From Chlorokybus atmophyticus (lineage: Eukaryota; Plantae; Mesostigma and Chlorokybus algae), in NCBI GenBank assembly GCA_009103225.1, contig RHPI01003642.1:1231099-1295098 (forward strand): DNA of 64,000 nt, written 5' to 3'. Under the pieces are notes generated by a model. The model was not told where the DNA came from. It was given only the letters and a program-made list of their open reading frames with translations, and did not search any database. Positions 37,058-49,926 of the stretch are shown here, one piece after another; the first letter of the stretch is position 1, and the number at the start of each line of letters is the position of its first letter. A program made the position numbers and the translations under genes.

Positions 37058-39602
37058 ATGGCGTTAGCGATGTCGTCGGCGTTGGCGTCATCGACATCAG
37101 TGCAGTTTACTCGTCCTGGTGGAAAGCCCACATCAAGGCAGAGGCCGCGGAGTACCCGCGCAGGCAGGCAGCAGAGGGGCTGCTTCTGCTGCACTGGTGA
37201 GTTGCTTAATTTGCGTCCGGCTCCAAGATTGACCGCTGTGCAAGCAATGGTCACTGTGGCTTCAGGAATGCACCGCGGCCGTTGTCGATGCTTTTCTTTC
37301 CGTATACTTTAAGCAGTGCTAATAGTCTGCGTTTGAGTATGGCCCTCAACGTGTCCAATACTTATTTAGCTACACTGATAAAAGCTCAACTCGATGTGTT
37401 GCTGATTTCAGGAACTCTAGCAAAGGTTCTTACAGAATAACTGCAAGCAGTTCCCTGTACTTGCTGTTGGGACACTGGTGGTTAGGTTAGCACCTCTGCC
37501 ACAAGCGCCAGCTGCTCAGCTAGTTGTCAAGGCATGAGCAACCCAGTATTTACCAACTCGTTTTTTTCGCCTGGCCGCAGTGCAACACAGCTCACTGAAG
37601 CTGGTTTTGCCAGTAGCAAAGCCAGCTTCAGTGAGCAGCAGTGTGCTACAGCTGGCTATCGGTACAGCCATGTAGTCGTCGTCTGCACGAGCTGTACTGC
37701 AATTGTTGACTGTTGCTTGCTATCTTCAACTTCAACAGTAGTCTCTGTGTCATTTGGCCGTTGTGTACGAATACGGTCAAAGTCCAGAAATCCTACTTCT
37801 CCAACAAAGTTTAGCAATCAACAGTGTAAGTGTGAAGTCGAACGCTAGCAAGCATTTGACATCTTGTTAATTGGCAGATTTTGGTCCCGACACTTTTGAG
37901 GAAAATGGACAGGCGAGCAGTGTGCAAGCCTCCCCTTTGCGAGACATCCCTGGGGAAGTTTCATCCAGTTCAGCAGGCCCACCTTCCACCTCAACAATGT
38001 TATCACCATCAACATCAGCATCACAGCAGCTGCGCCCCGCGCGAGGGAGCACCATGAGGGTTTCAGCTTCGCCTTCATCAGCAGCAGGAGCTATCCAAGA
38101 GCCAAGTGCATCGCAGCTTGTGCTTCCTCGGCGAAGGGGCCGGGCGGTGGATCCGTCTGAAGTGTCGAGTACTGGCGACTTGGATGATTTCAGCCTGCAG
38201 GAGAGCGACACTTTCTGGCCCGTGCAGGCGTATTATGTCGCGCGGTACATAGACACAAAGAGGGTGAGAAGGGAGCTGGGTTTGGCTGTGCCTGGGTCTG
38301 GTTGTGATGCAGGGTTGAACTCACTGTTTGCGTCTCGCGTTTGGGCAGCTTTTGGACAGAGTGTTTCCTGGCAGCAAAGTTTACAACAACGCCACCAACA
38401 GTTCCAGCATTGTAGTGGCCATTGATTATGACACTCCGGTAAGCAATATGTTATTTTTCGATGTTATGATAGAGCCTTTGCAACCAGCTTCAGCACTCAC
38501 AAACTGCCCGATTACGCAGATGGACGCAAGGAAGTACATGGTTGTGTATTCATATGGAGCCATTGTGGGCTTCAAGTTGACTTCACGTGAGATGCAGCGC
38601 TACATTGACTTAATTGGTGCATTTGGCGACACGGCTGGACTTGATAAGGATGTGGAAAGCTCCAAGGTTGAAGGTGAATGTTAGGAGAGTATTGTTGGCC
38701 TGTATGATTGGACAGTGTTACCAACACATTTCAATATGTGCAGAGTATCAGCTCGTTGTTCGCCCAGAGTTGCCGTCTTGGAGCAAGTACGACCCGCGCG
38801 CAGACTTCATGATCCTTCAAACGCTTGACATCAATAATGTCAGGATTATATCTAGTGTTCTGGCCCTCAGTGTTGCCCTCAACCACTATGAACGAAGGGT
38901 ACTTGCTCACAATGAGTTTCTGAACGTCAATGACATACTCAATCACAGCATGCATCGCAACTCACATCATAGATACTGACGGCGTGTGCGTGTTTGCAGG
39001 TCGAAGAGGTGTTGAACCGGTTTGGTGTTGTAAACAATGAGATGCAGTTGACCGGCACCTTCACATTGCAAAAGAAGCAAGTGTTTCAGTTGGTAGCAAC
39101 CATCAACAACGTGTTTACCGACGCCTTGCACAAGATCCGCGTCTTGGAAAGGTAAAATGAACGAGATGTCAAGAAATACGCAAGTGTTGGATGTGTGTGT
39201 GCGCGCATGCGTGCCTTTGACGTGATTACATCAACACAAGGGATTGATGTGTCTATGCTGGGCCAGGTCTGAAACTGCATGGAAATCAGCCAAGTACAGT
39301 GAAATTTGGGAGACATTGCGCGATGAGTTTGAGATCGAGAACCGTTATGACACAATGAAAGACAAGTTGGACCTTGTGCAGGTAGGCAGAGTACCTTGTG
39401 ACACAAGTGTCAGGTTGTTGTTGGCTTTAATCAGTTGTCTTGTGTGCTCAACCTCACTCATGTCGCTTTCCTGTTGGCAGTTGAACTTGAGGTTCTTCCT
39501 TGAGGTCATGCAGAACAAGAAGGCCGACTTTTTAGAGTGGATTATCATAGTTCTGATTGCAGTGGAGATCGGGCTGAGTGTATATCGCGACATCATAATG
39601 TA
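37058..39602 (+). CDS. RMND1/Sif2/DUF155 (RETARDED ROOT GROWTH-like) protein; start tentative
   Basis: QAYYVARYID; VVYSYGAIVGF; IISSVLALSVALNHYERR; SETAWKSAKYSEIWETLRDEFEIENRY; LNLRFFLEVMQNKKADFLEWIIIVLIAVEI (DUF155 C-terminal signature). Stop at 39602. Confidence 0.88.
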
Positions 39603-39821
39603 AGGTACACACAGCTAATCCTGGTTGAAGCCGGCAAGCAGCTTAGTTATGTAGATTAGGTGCACAGTGTATATCAGCAATTACACTACATTAGCTGCAA
39701 TACCAGCAACAGCTAAACCACTGAGCCTAGTCATAGTTGTTGACATGTAATTGGTGTGATGTGTACTTGTAAGTACGCTCTTGTGGCAAGCCAGCTCCAC
39801 CACATTGCTTTGTGGTGTTGG

Positions 39822-41784
39822 TCATTCAATGCCGCAATCCCCTACAACGACATTTGTCTGCGGATGTCCATTGCTTGATGCGGCTTGTTCCTCTGTGGCC
39901 GCATGACACAACAGTAAGTTTTCTGGTAGCATAGATGAGACACATCGGGCTAATGCTGTCCCACGGCGGTGAGAGGCACTTCCAACAAGCAGGTCAGTGT
40001 ATGTGCTCACCTATCCTCGTTAACACTTCCAAGCCTTCTACTACACGCCCAATAACCACATGCTTTCCTGTACAGCGAAAGGCATTCAAGACATTTTTGC
40101 TGTGCTTCAGTAGTCAACCTCCCGAGTTGGGATGTCACACATGTTGGCTCACCATCAAGCTGTGGAGCGGGCGCGAATGTGACATAAAACTGGCTGGTGT
40201 TGCTATTTTTTCCAGAGTTGGCCATGCCCACCACACCGGCAGCGTCATGCTTGTGCTTGAGTCCGCTCTTCTCGTCGTTGAACTTGGCACCATATATGCT
40301 GTCACCACCGCTGCCATCACCTACACACGACGACTGTGAGGGCAGGCCAACACTAACAGCCTCAACAACCCAACAACACGAGCGTGATTATGGAGACCTG
40401 AAAAGCAAGTGACACAAGTAAATACCTCGCACGATGTCGCCGCCCTGACACATAAACCCTTTGACAATGCGGTGCATGTGACAACCCCTGCGGTAGGGAC
40501 GCATTACATCGCATGCGAGTACATGAACACAAGTGCAAGTGCAAGTGCACTGTCTTACTTGTAGTGCAAAGGCTTGCCACTTTGTTTCCCAACACCCCGC
40601 TCGCCCGTGATTAGGCAGCGGAAGTTCTCCACAGCCTTGGGCACCTGCGTGAAGTGCATGTGAGCACCTCTGCATTCTGCAATTGGCATGTGCATGGCTA
40701 TGGCTGTGGCAGCTGTTGCAACATACAAGCTCACATCATCGCGCAGCTCGATGACGAGACGGCCCGCGCGCAATGGTGTTGGTTGACGTAGTAGCAAGGG
40801 TCCCTACAGTGTAGGCAGCGGGTGTGCGCATCACCAACCAGAACATCAAGCCTTACACGTCACGTCATTCGCAGAATAACCGCCATTGTGTCATACACGT
40901 GCGCATCCCTGTCACGCACTGACCTGGGCGCTTCGTGTTGGGTCGCTGTTGTAGGCGTCAACCAACATCTGAGCATCTGCACGTGTAGATGTTAAGAAGC
41001 AGCGCGAATGCTTATCCCAATTTCGAACAAGCATTGCTGCTTCTGGTGTCGCCAGCTGCTGGGCTTCTACTACTACTTGCTGGTGAACAGTTGTTGCTTT
41101 TATCACAGTGACTGACTTGATAATGGTGTGTTGAACATGTACTAATACCTTGTGAGTGTAAGTTATACGTGGTCTTGGCGACAACTGACAAGTCAGCGAT
41201 TAGTTTGTTGTATGCGCACAAAAGGATCAAGGTGCATGCGCGCAGACATGTTTGCGCACGTGCGTATGCTTGCGCACCTGTCCCGTCCTTGTGCATGTGC
41301 ATGTGTGCACGCGTTGGTGTACGTGTATGCGCATGCTCGTGCTTGGGTGTGTCATACATTGAGCACGAGGGGCGCATGCTTGCATATTGTAAGCATGCGC
41401 GCCTATATTGTGCGCATGCGTGCATATTGTAAGCATGCGAATGCGCGCCCATATTGCAAGCATGCGCATGCTTGCAATATGCACGCATGCGCATGCGCGC
41501 ACGCCTCTGCTTGGGTGTATTCGTGCATTTGCGTAGGCACATGTAGTTTCGTGTCTGTGTGCGTGCCTACATGCCTGCGTGTGGTGGAAACAAAGACGAA
41601 CTGCATACTCACACAGCTTCTTACCGTCATCGCTGAGGTCGTCCGGAGCGCCAGCACCCTCGCCTATCCCATAACGAGCGCCGCACTCGGCTAGAAACCC
41701 TACCGCGCGGGCGTACGCCGACTCCGCCTCCGCCGCCTCCGCCGCTGACCCCACGTCCACGTCCAGCCACACCCTCACTGGCAT
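39822..41784 (-). CDS. Cyclophilin-type peptidyl-prolyl isomerase with N-terminal insertion
   Basis: [12 protein letters not shown]...|[13 protein letters not shown]...|[10 protein letters not shown]|[17 protein letters not shown]...LHYK|[17 protein letters not shown]...[13 protein letters not shown]...[17 protein letters not shown]...|[11 protein letters not shown]...|VVVGDCGIE*. Confidence 0.92.
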
Positions 41785-44484
41785 TTTGCCAAACAATCCG
41801 CCTCAGTTCCAACAGCCAGATCCTACATGTCCTCGTCCTTTCGCATGTCTTCCTTCGTGTCCATCGCTGTGGGCATGTATTGGGAAAGGCGACGCTGGCG
41901 GGGAATGGGCGGCGGCCGGGTCGCTGAGCATGTAGCTGTGCGTGAACGACCGCTGAATGCTGTGAGTTGATGACCAGGCCTTACAGAAACACTCGTTGTC
42001 AAGCCAGAAAATTGGGCATCGACACATGGGCAATGCAAGGGTGAGCACTCTGGCTGTTATGCACAACACAGTAACGCAGAGTACGATCCAACCACGCTTG
42101 TCCGCACAATACCGAACTGCAATAACGCCTCATGGAAGGCACACATTCGAAGCAGCATTGAACATGTGTGTTTATATTCTAATTCTTTAAGTATAAAGTA
42201 AATGTTATGTTATTGGAGACCAATACGCTGTAACCTTGATGAGGTTGTACTGTATATATTAACATATATCATGTAACAATTGATTGAGTTTCATTGCGTT
42301 CATCTCATCATTGTGACGATCACGCTGTTCATTTTTACATTCCACATGAAGTTTTTTAAATGCACTTGTGTATTGCATTACGCGAGCTACATTGTTATTA
42401 TGCTGTGTATTTGGCTTGGCAAAGTCTGGTACATCTTGTCACGATGCTCGATGCTGCAATGATGGATGCTTTAGTCACGTTCATATGCGTTTAGAAACCT
42501 GCCACGCCGCGTCATGTGGACGAAGTTATCATGGACATATGACTTTTTGTGAAGCATGCACTTCACGGTTGCTCACCATCGCAACACATCATCACACACA
42601 TGTGACGATGATAAACACAACCATAACGGCAAGGCTCCTTTACCAGCAAACTGGAGGTTGGGCAGCATAAACAATTCGCATTGTAGCATAATTGTGATTC
42701 AAATATTAATCAATGGGCGATCGTTGTGGTTTAGCTCTGCTGCCTGCCATGCAAAACAGTGATGCCAATAGAGGGCGAGACTCTTAAACTCCTCACATGT
42801 TGGATGACTTTGAGCCACACGGAATGATGACCTGCCTGGAATGCAAAGCTCAGCTGCAGCGCTAGTCATCTAGGCAACTCGTCTCCCGCATGCAAAGGAG
42901 TGCTTTGCGTTGTGGGGTTGCCGTTGTTAACAAGTTGTTTGGCAGCACACCGAGCAGCCGCCAGCAGCATGGCTCAGCGCAGAAGCCCTGGTGGAGGCAA
43001 GCATTGTTGTAGCAAATAGTTGTAGCACGATTCAGAGATTACTACTGAGCAAGCTGGAGCGTGCTAAGCGAATGCTTTGATATGAAGTGTCGAAAGCAAG
43101 AAGCAGCTCGCGATTAGCAGATGAAAATGCATCTGAAACAGAAGCAGTCTTACAGCTTTCAACACTCATGTGCGCTCAGCGAGGCGCCAGCGGCTGCTAG
43201 TGCAACAGCAATGCGCCAATTCGCATGCACATTAGCATGAGAGTAGCTCACCCAAAGATATTCTTGTTTAATTGCCGCTCAAATTGGTAATGACATAATC
43301 GTAATGGTAATTCATGCACTAATGTGCTAATTGCTTAACATTCATTGATGTTGCTCGGTACACGGAACACGCAAAGCAATCAATCCAATTTTAGAATAAG
43401 AAGGCAACCACTTGAAGCCAAATTGAATGGGTGTGCATGTCAGCTTTTCAGCTCTTGCTCAATTGTATTAAGCCAGATTTGAAGTTACCTACTGTTGCAG
43501 TAGCGGATAGTCATCTCAATTGCTGGCAACAAAACAAATTCACACATGGATTGCTATATGCTGAGAGCATGTGTACAAGGACACTATGAGGGTGAGTTGT
43601 GGTGATGTGAACATGCAGTACAACTATCAGATGCACTTACGTTTATCACCTCATTGCTTTCATGCAAGCTGCGTTCGGATTTCGAGCATTGCTATTCCTC
43701 GCATCCTATACTCGCTTGTCATAGCAGAGCTGCTCGAGTGCAGGCCTTGTGGCAATAATTGTTGGGTAAGGACCCCTTCACATGTCGAACATTTGCACAA
43801 TCGTAAGAGATGTAATGCTTCATCTAGCAATCCTTGCTGTAATTGTGAAGGGTCTTGGTTGCAAAATTGCCTGCGTTTAATTACAAGAACGTCAAGGACT
43901 AGTACCGTTTGTTTATGACATAAACCAATTATTAATGAAGGCGCAAGGTGAGACTTGCTTGGTGTATTTGTAATGATACCTTGAGCATGCACTACTTGTG
44001 CCATGAATCCAATCGCATGTAAGGTGGCGAGTAAGCGCAAGAAGAATCACACAATCCCAAGCACATCCACCATGACATCGATCGCAACACAAAGGAGCAT
44101 TACACTTAGCACTCACTCTTAGCTCAACCAATATAAGCAAAAGCATGCACACATTCAAACTCAAGTACGGCATCAATGACTCACTCGAACGCTTGTACTT
44201 GAGCTGCCACTCACTCGGGCAACAATGGTGAGTGTTTGCATAACAGTGACTCACACTCGGATTGTTTGTGCTTGCGTTTGTTGGCAACGGTGAATGTACG
44301 CGTCCGGCCCCACAGTCTGTTGACAAAGCCTCTTCACAAACTTTGTCACACATATGAAATCCATCTACAAATTTGCGCTGCATGCACTGTCTCATTGCCC
44401 ATCATAGCCGAGCTGTAGCTCAAGCTAAGGTCTGGTCGTGGTCATTCCTGTTGCTATGCATATCCTCCTATCAGCTTTCAAGCT

Positions 44485-44488
<4 letters not shown>

Positions 44489-44534
<46 letters not shown>
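44489..44534. repeat. (TA)n microsatellite
   Basis: Direct reading of the sequence. Confidence 0.95.
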
Positions 44535-44536
<2 letters not shown>

Positions 44537-44729
44537 CTGGTTGCAGCTTACACAGAGGTTGGTGTGGGGTTCTTGAGTTGTAGGGCTGCTACTTGCACAG
44601 CTTGCCAGCGACCCATGCGTCATCGCCGGTGTTAAGCTGCGCTGTGCCGTAACATGTGGTGACATTCTCCCCACAACCCAAGAGCTTGCACACCTGCAGT
44701 CAGCAGAAGATGTGACACATTCGTGCGTG

Positions 44730-47684
44730 CGTTTGTGTGCTGTTGCGTGTGCTGTAAGTTGCGCACATTGCTGTAGCGGCGTTGTCGGTGTAGTATGCCC
44801 AGTACTTGCAGGCGAGGTTGGTCTTGCACTTGTGGCAGCAGGTGTCGGCGTTGGGCACATGCTTAATCAACTTGATTCGGGTCAGCGGGGGATAATGCCA
44901 CAGCCCTGTGGACACTGGCTTTGAACAGAAGGACTTGCACACCTTGGCACCGTCAAGACGCGTCTGAACAAGCACCGGATGAGTAAGTAAAGGCAAGGTG
45001 CAGGCACTCACACATACAATCACTCACGCACGGGCATGCACATACCTGTATGCATGGCAGCAGCCACACTGACAGCAACGGTAAAGTCCACGCACCTGTT
45101 CCTATAACCCATGTTGGCAGATGCAGCGATAGCCGCTAGTCACTGGCTGGCAACGGCCATAGGGGCCGCAAGGGTTGGGCTTAGGGCATATGTGTACTGT
45201 GCACATAGTCAATATAGGCTGGCAAGCCTTGAGAAAGTGGCATGCAGTCTCACATGCATGTATGCACACTTGCTGCAACCCCTCCACGTGTGCACTCACC
45301 AGGTGGAGGTGGGGTTGGTGGCGATGGCGGTGGTGGGGATGGAGGTCTTGGCGGTGGTGGGGATGGAGGTCTTGGCGGTTATGAGGACGGAGGTGATGGT
45401 GGTGGTGGGGATGGAGGTCTTGGCGGTGGTGGGGACGGAGGTGATGGCGGTGGTGGGGACGGAGGCGATGGCGGTGGTGGGGATGGAGGTCTTCGTGGTG
45501 GTGGGGATGGAGGTCTTGGCGGTGGTGGAGATGGCGGTGATGGCGGTGGTGGGGATGGCGGTGATGGCGGTGGTGGGGATGGCGGTGATGGCGGTGGTGG
45601 GGATGGAGGTGCTGGCGGTGGTGGGGACGGAGGTGATGATGGTGGTGGGGACGGAGGTGATGGCGGTGGTGGGGCTGGAGGTGAGGGTGGTGGGGGTGGT
45701 GGCAGTGGCTGCGCGAGCACAAGGATATGAATGAGTCAATTGCAGCAGTACCACTGGTTACGAACTACTGGCAGTAGTTACCAGTCCGTGGTATGAGCAA
45801 ATAGCAGCTTTACTACGCTTGGCTCATGTTGGGCATTAAGCCTACCTCACAGCCGAAGGCATTGGGGAACTCATTGCAGACGCAGCGCGGGCAGACGAGG
45901 TACGAGACGTCTACGACCTCAGCAGCATACTATCTTGCACCGCCTGCATCCGCTAGCAGTGTCTAAGCAGAAAGAGGTGCCAGCATCGACAAGGGTGCAG
46001 AGCCTATCGTAGTAAAGGAAGCCAACTCCGGTGTTGTAATTCGGCGGCTCTCTTGTGCGAGTGAAGCTGAAGCATTGATTGTGAACGGCACAGACGCCAC
46101 CAGGAGCAGGTGCAGGCGCGCTCTGTACGCCAATCCGTGAGACTGAGGTGTCAGCTGGCACCATTTGAGAGGTATCCAGCAGCAGAAACAAAACACTTCA
46201 AACGCACCTCACAAACTCCGGCGTGACACACGCCATCCGGGCACTGCGTCCCATCCCGCTTACCGAAACAAAACTCTGCACAAGGGATATTGAGACTCAA
46301 TCACACATAGCACAAGAGACACAAGGATGACACATGTACGCACGCATGTCCACACCTTGGACGATGATAGTGAAGGAGCAGGCAGTTTCGAGCACAGCGG
46401 ACCCCGAGCTGCGCTGGAAGGTCTCCTGCACGGTGAGGACAAGTCCTCTATCGGTGGCCGCGGGGTGAATGTGGCTGTGGTGTGGAGGGGTGAAGGCACC
46501 GCAACACCCGCAAGAGGGGCAATGTCAACAGCGCCGTCCGGGGTAGGCGTGATAGAGTAGAGAGGAGTTATGTCTGTGTCTGACGTGGCATCAATGCTGA
46601 GGTTGAGGACATCCGCCACGGGAACATTACACTGGACTCCCGTAGTTTCGTTTGTGCACTGAGGCGGGAGCGGGTTCTGAATGCTGCACACGGGTGGCTG
46701 CGCGGCCGGGCTCACGACCCCCACGATGAAGTCCAGCGCGTGCTTGGCGGGGGCGTTGCCGCCGATACGCTCCTCAATGATCACCTGCACGGCGTACAGC
46801 TCCCCAACAACAGTCCCGTCTGTGCGCCACGCGAGCTCGCACGAGGGGGATACTGTGAGCGTGTCGATTGCGCTTGGGTAACTGAGGAGATGCCGGACTC
46901 GAGTGACGTGGCACGCCGGCACGTGAACGAGTTCAGGTCTGGGTCAAGCAATGGCAGCTGGATGGTATTGTCCTGCCCCCGGCCGACCACCTGGACGATG
47001 GGCGGCGAGGTGGATACCACGCCACCGGTGTTGTTGTTGTTAATGTCGATGACGGTCTGCACGTTGAACTCGCCGTTTGGGGCGTGCCAAGCCTGCAGCA
47101 ATTGTGAATGAACACCGTGTACGGGCCCGGCCCACTGTAACTCTTTGAGATCTGCCACACGGCAAGTCAGTTTCGAGCGCGCATGCGCGCTTGTATAGGT
47201 GCACAAGCGCGCATGCGCGAAATGTGTGCCAGACCTGAGCCTGGCCTTCTACAACATCTCGCTGAGCATTTGTACCATCTGTGACAGAGAGTGTGAGGCT
47301 AGGGGAACGCAACCGGTCGCTAAAGGAGAGCAAGGTCGGCAGTTGTTGGCCAACTGCAGTGAGGGTGTCGGCGACGGAGGGCGGGTCGGCACTATACTTG
47401 GAGAAGCAGCTCAACCTCCAGCTCTAGGGTTGACATGAAACTGTTGTTGGGGTGATGTGACAGAGCAGCAATTGCACGCATGGCACTGCAATACATACCT
47501 GGTTGATGGTGATGGTGACATCGTAGGGGCCAGCGTTAGGGCTGGTGTCTTTTCAGCACCAGGACGTGAAGCTGTAGCGGAAATGGGTGGCTGGGCTGTG
47601 CAAGCATGCGTGGCCAGCGCGACAAGCACAACAAACCACCACCAGGCAGGGCGTCGGTGCTGCTGACGCCCTGCCTGGCCTCAT
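44730..47684 (-). pseudogene. Disabled mosaic secreted/cell-wall protein: HFRY/CCR N-terminal module, beta-rich domains, Cys-rich module, Ser-Pro stalk, EGF-like and PAN/apple-like domains
   Basis: ATHFRYSFTSWC* (TGA 47553-55); HNCCRL; DPDLNSFTCRRATSLESG; LYAVQVIIEE; CLDTASGCRRC...CPRCVC; (PPPPSPP)n; CPKPNPCGPYGRCQPVTSGYRCIC; CCHKCKTNLACKYWAY. Several frame changes are needed to join these. Confidence 0.65.
45300..45720 (-). repeat. Coding tandem repeat for extensin/pherophorin-like Ser-Pro(2-4) units
   Basis: ORF 45379-45720 translates to PPPPSPPSPPPPSPP...; GGTGGTGG-based imperfect repeats on the + strand. Confidence 0.85.
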
Positions 47685-48649
47685 CGTGCTCCTTCACTAC
47701 ACACAGGGACACAAAGTTAGCACAGTTACACCGTTTCCAGTTAGCAAACAGAAACGAGTAGTGACCACCTCTGGGAGCAATGTCTGGATGACAGCTGTCG
47801 CGTTCATATACAGCATGCGAGTATGCATGCGCGCACGCACATATACACATGCGTGCATGCACGAGAGCCCAGAGACCAGCTTACCTTAGCCAAGGCGGGC
47901 CAGGCCGCCAGCCTTCAGCTGGGCGAGAAAGGATGAGACTGGCAGTGAGGCTATGCCTGCCGCAGTTTACCTTCCCGCACGACTGAGAAAGCATTCGCCC
48001 CAGACTTGACATGGCAAGCTCAAGTTCTGTCTCTTGGGCAGCCGAGAAGCAAGCTGGCGCGTGCTGACCCTCCGTCGTTGCGCAGCTGACAGGACCGCTG
48101 CTGATGTGAAAGCCAGTCGCTGTCTCTCTCGACCGTGCTGCATTGACTAAGTCGCATACATAATGCTGACGGATGTGACAGCCCCCCGACTAACCAGAAT
48201 GTTGTACATGTTGCCAATGACATCTCAGGTGTCGCACCTGCCATCCGCGCCAATTCTGAGCTGTACTTTTGGAGTACAGCCCCACTTGAAGAAACCTATC
48301 CAATAGATAGGTATCTTCAATTTTAATGTACTCGTGCAGCAAAGGCCTGCCTCACACTGCTCAGCAGCGGTACCGGTAGGTAATACCTTCTGCTGAGCGT
48401 ACACTACCAGTACTCACTGCATTACACACTGTAGGAAGTACCTATTCAACGTCCACATCTAGAATGCATGGAGATTACATGATGACCTCCATCAGATGGA
48501 GTGTAGTGTACCTTAGGCCTTTGTCACCAGTGTCTTACAAGCCACGCAGCAATGCAAGATTCCCAGAAGGTCGCGTCATTTTCACCGTCGCCCTAAACAG
48601 CCGAAGCGAACTGGCCAATGCGTGTGCAAGCCGTGAAGCTCAGCACGCC

Positions 48650-49926
48650 TTCGTCGTTGAACTTGCTACCATATATATATGCTTTCACCACCACAGCTGC
48701 TGCCATCACCTACACATGATGACTGTGGTTGCAGAGCCAACACTAACAACAGGCTCAACAACCATTGACAAGAGTGTCACTTTCAAAACATGAAGTGCAA
48801 GTGCCACACACGTGGTCACCTTGCACGGTACGGTGCATGCGACAACCCCTGCGGTGAAAGGACATATACTGTGTAGTGTGAACGCGTGCATAGACAAGTG
48901 TCTTACTTGTACTGCAAAGGCTTGCCACATTTCCCACACTTCGGCACCTGCCAAGCACCATTGCTGCATTCTGCATGCAATGTTGGCGGTGATGGCTGCA
49001 ACTACTCACGTCATCACGCAGCTTGATGATGACACGGGCCGCGCGCAATGGCATTGGTTTGCAAAGTAGCAAGGGTCCCTACCGGCCTGCCAACCAGGAA
49101 TGGTGTGCTGTTTTTGTTTTTGGTTGACACGCACGCCTGCTGCATACACGTGATGAATAGCATGCCAACATTGAATCACAAGTGTGCGCATGTTCGTAGT
49201 CACACGCACTCACCTGAGCGCTTCGTGTTGGGTCGCTGTTGTAGGCGTCAATCAACATCTGTGCGGGCAAACACATAACACATCAAGCACAGCACGAATG
49301 CACACCCCAACTCGAGCATTACTGCTTTGGTGTTCAGCCCTTGAGCTTCTGCCTGCCAATCAGCATACGTTGCTGTTTCAAAGTGAGCGCATTGGTGATG
49401 GTATGTCGGGCATGCACCAATGCCTCGTGGGTGTAAAGTATATGCGTGGTCTCGGTGACCAGTGACAAGCCAGCGGCTGATTTGTTGTGTGCGCACAAGA
49501 CGTTGATAGAGGAGAGAGGTGCATGCTCGCAGACATGTGTACGCGCGCATGCATATGCGCACCTGTGCGTCCTGGTGCCTGTGCATGCTGGCTTACGTGG
49601 TTACGTGGGTGGGTGGGTGTCTGTATGCGCATGCGTGCAAGTCGCAAGCACGCAACCGCGCCCAGCTGGCTATGCGTGTGGTTAGCTGTGTCTGCGCATG
49701 GTGTTTGGCGTGTGCGTGCCTACGGGCCTGCGTACACATGTGTGGTGGGATTGCAAACGCAGCGCGTGAATGCACACAGCTTACCATCATCGCTCAGGTC
49801 GTCCGGAGCGCCAGCGCCCTCGCCTACCCCATAGCGAGCGCCGCACTCAGCCAGAACGCCTAGCGCGCGGGCATCCGCCTCGGCCGCTGACCCCACGTCC
49901 ACGTCCAGCCACACCCTCACTAACAT
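48650..49926 (-). pseudogene. Decayed duplicate of the cyclophilin gene, 3'-truncated
   Basis: Colinear exons and introns with 40.25-41.9 kb ([12 protein letters not shown]..., AARVIIKLRDD). The exon-2 acceptor is shifted 8 nt (frameshift), [14 protein letters not shown] is deleted, and homology stops after AAGTTCAACGACGAA near 48650. Confidence 0.88.

Noticed and set aside
42840-44420. Coding exons downstream of the PAN-like domain (e.g. ORF 43660-44040)
   Set aside because: No recognisable motif, and splice linkage to the secreted pseudogene could not be supported.
45300-45720. CRISPR-like or satellite array
   Set aside because: No unique spacers and no cas genes; the repeat translates to a Ser-Pro stalk bounded by splice sites in a eukaryotic gene.
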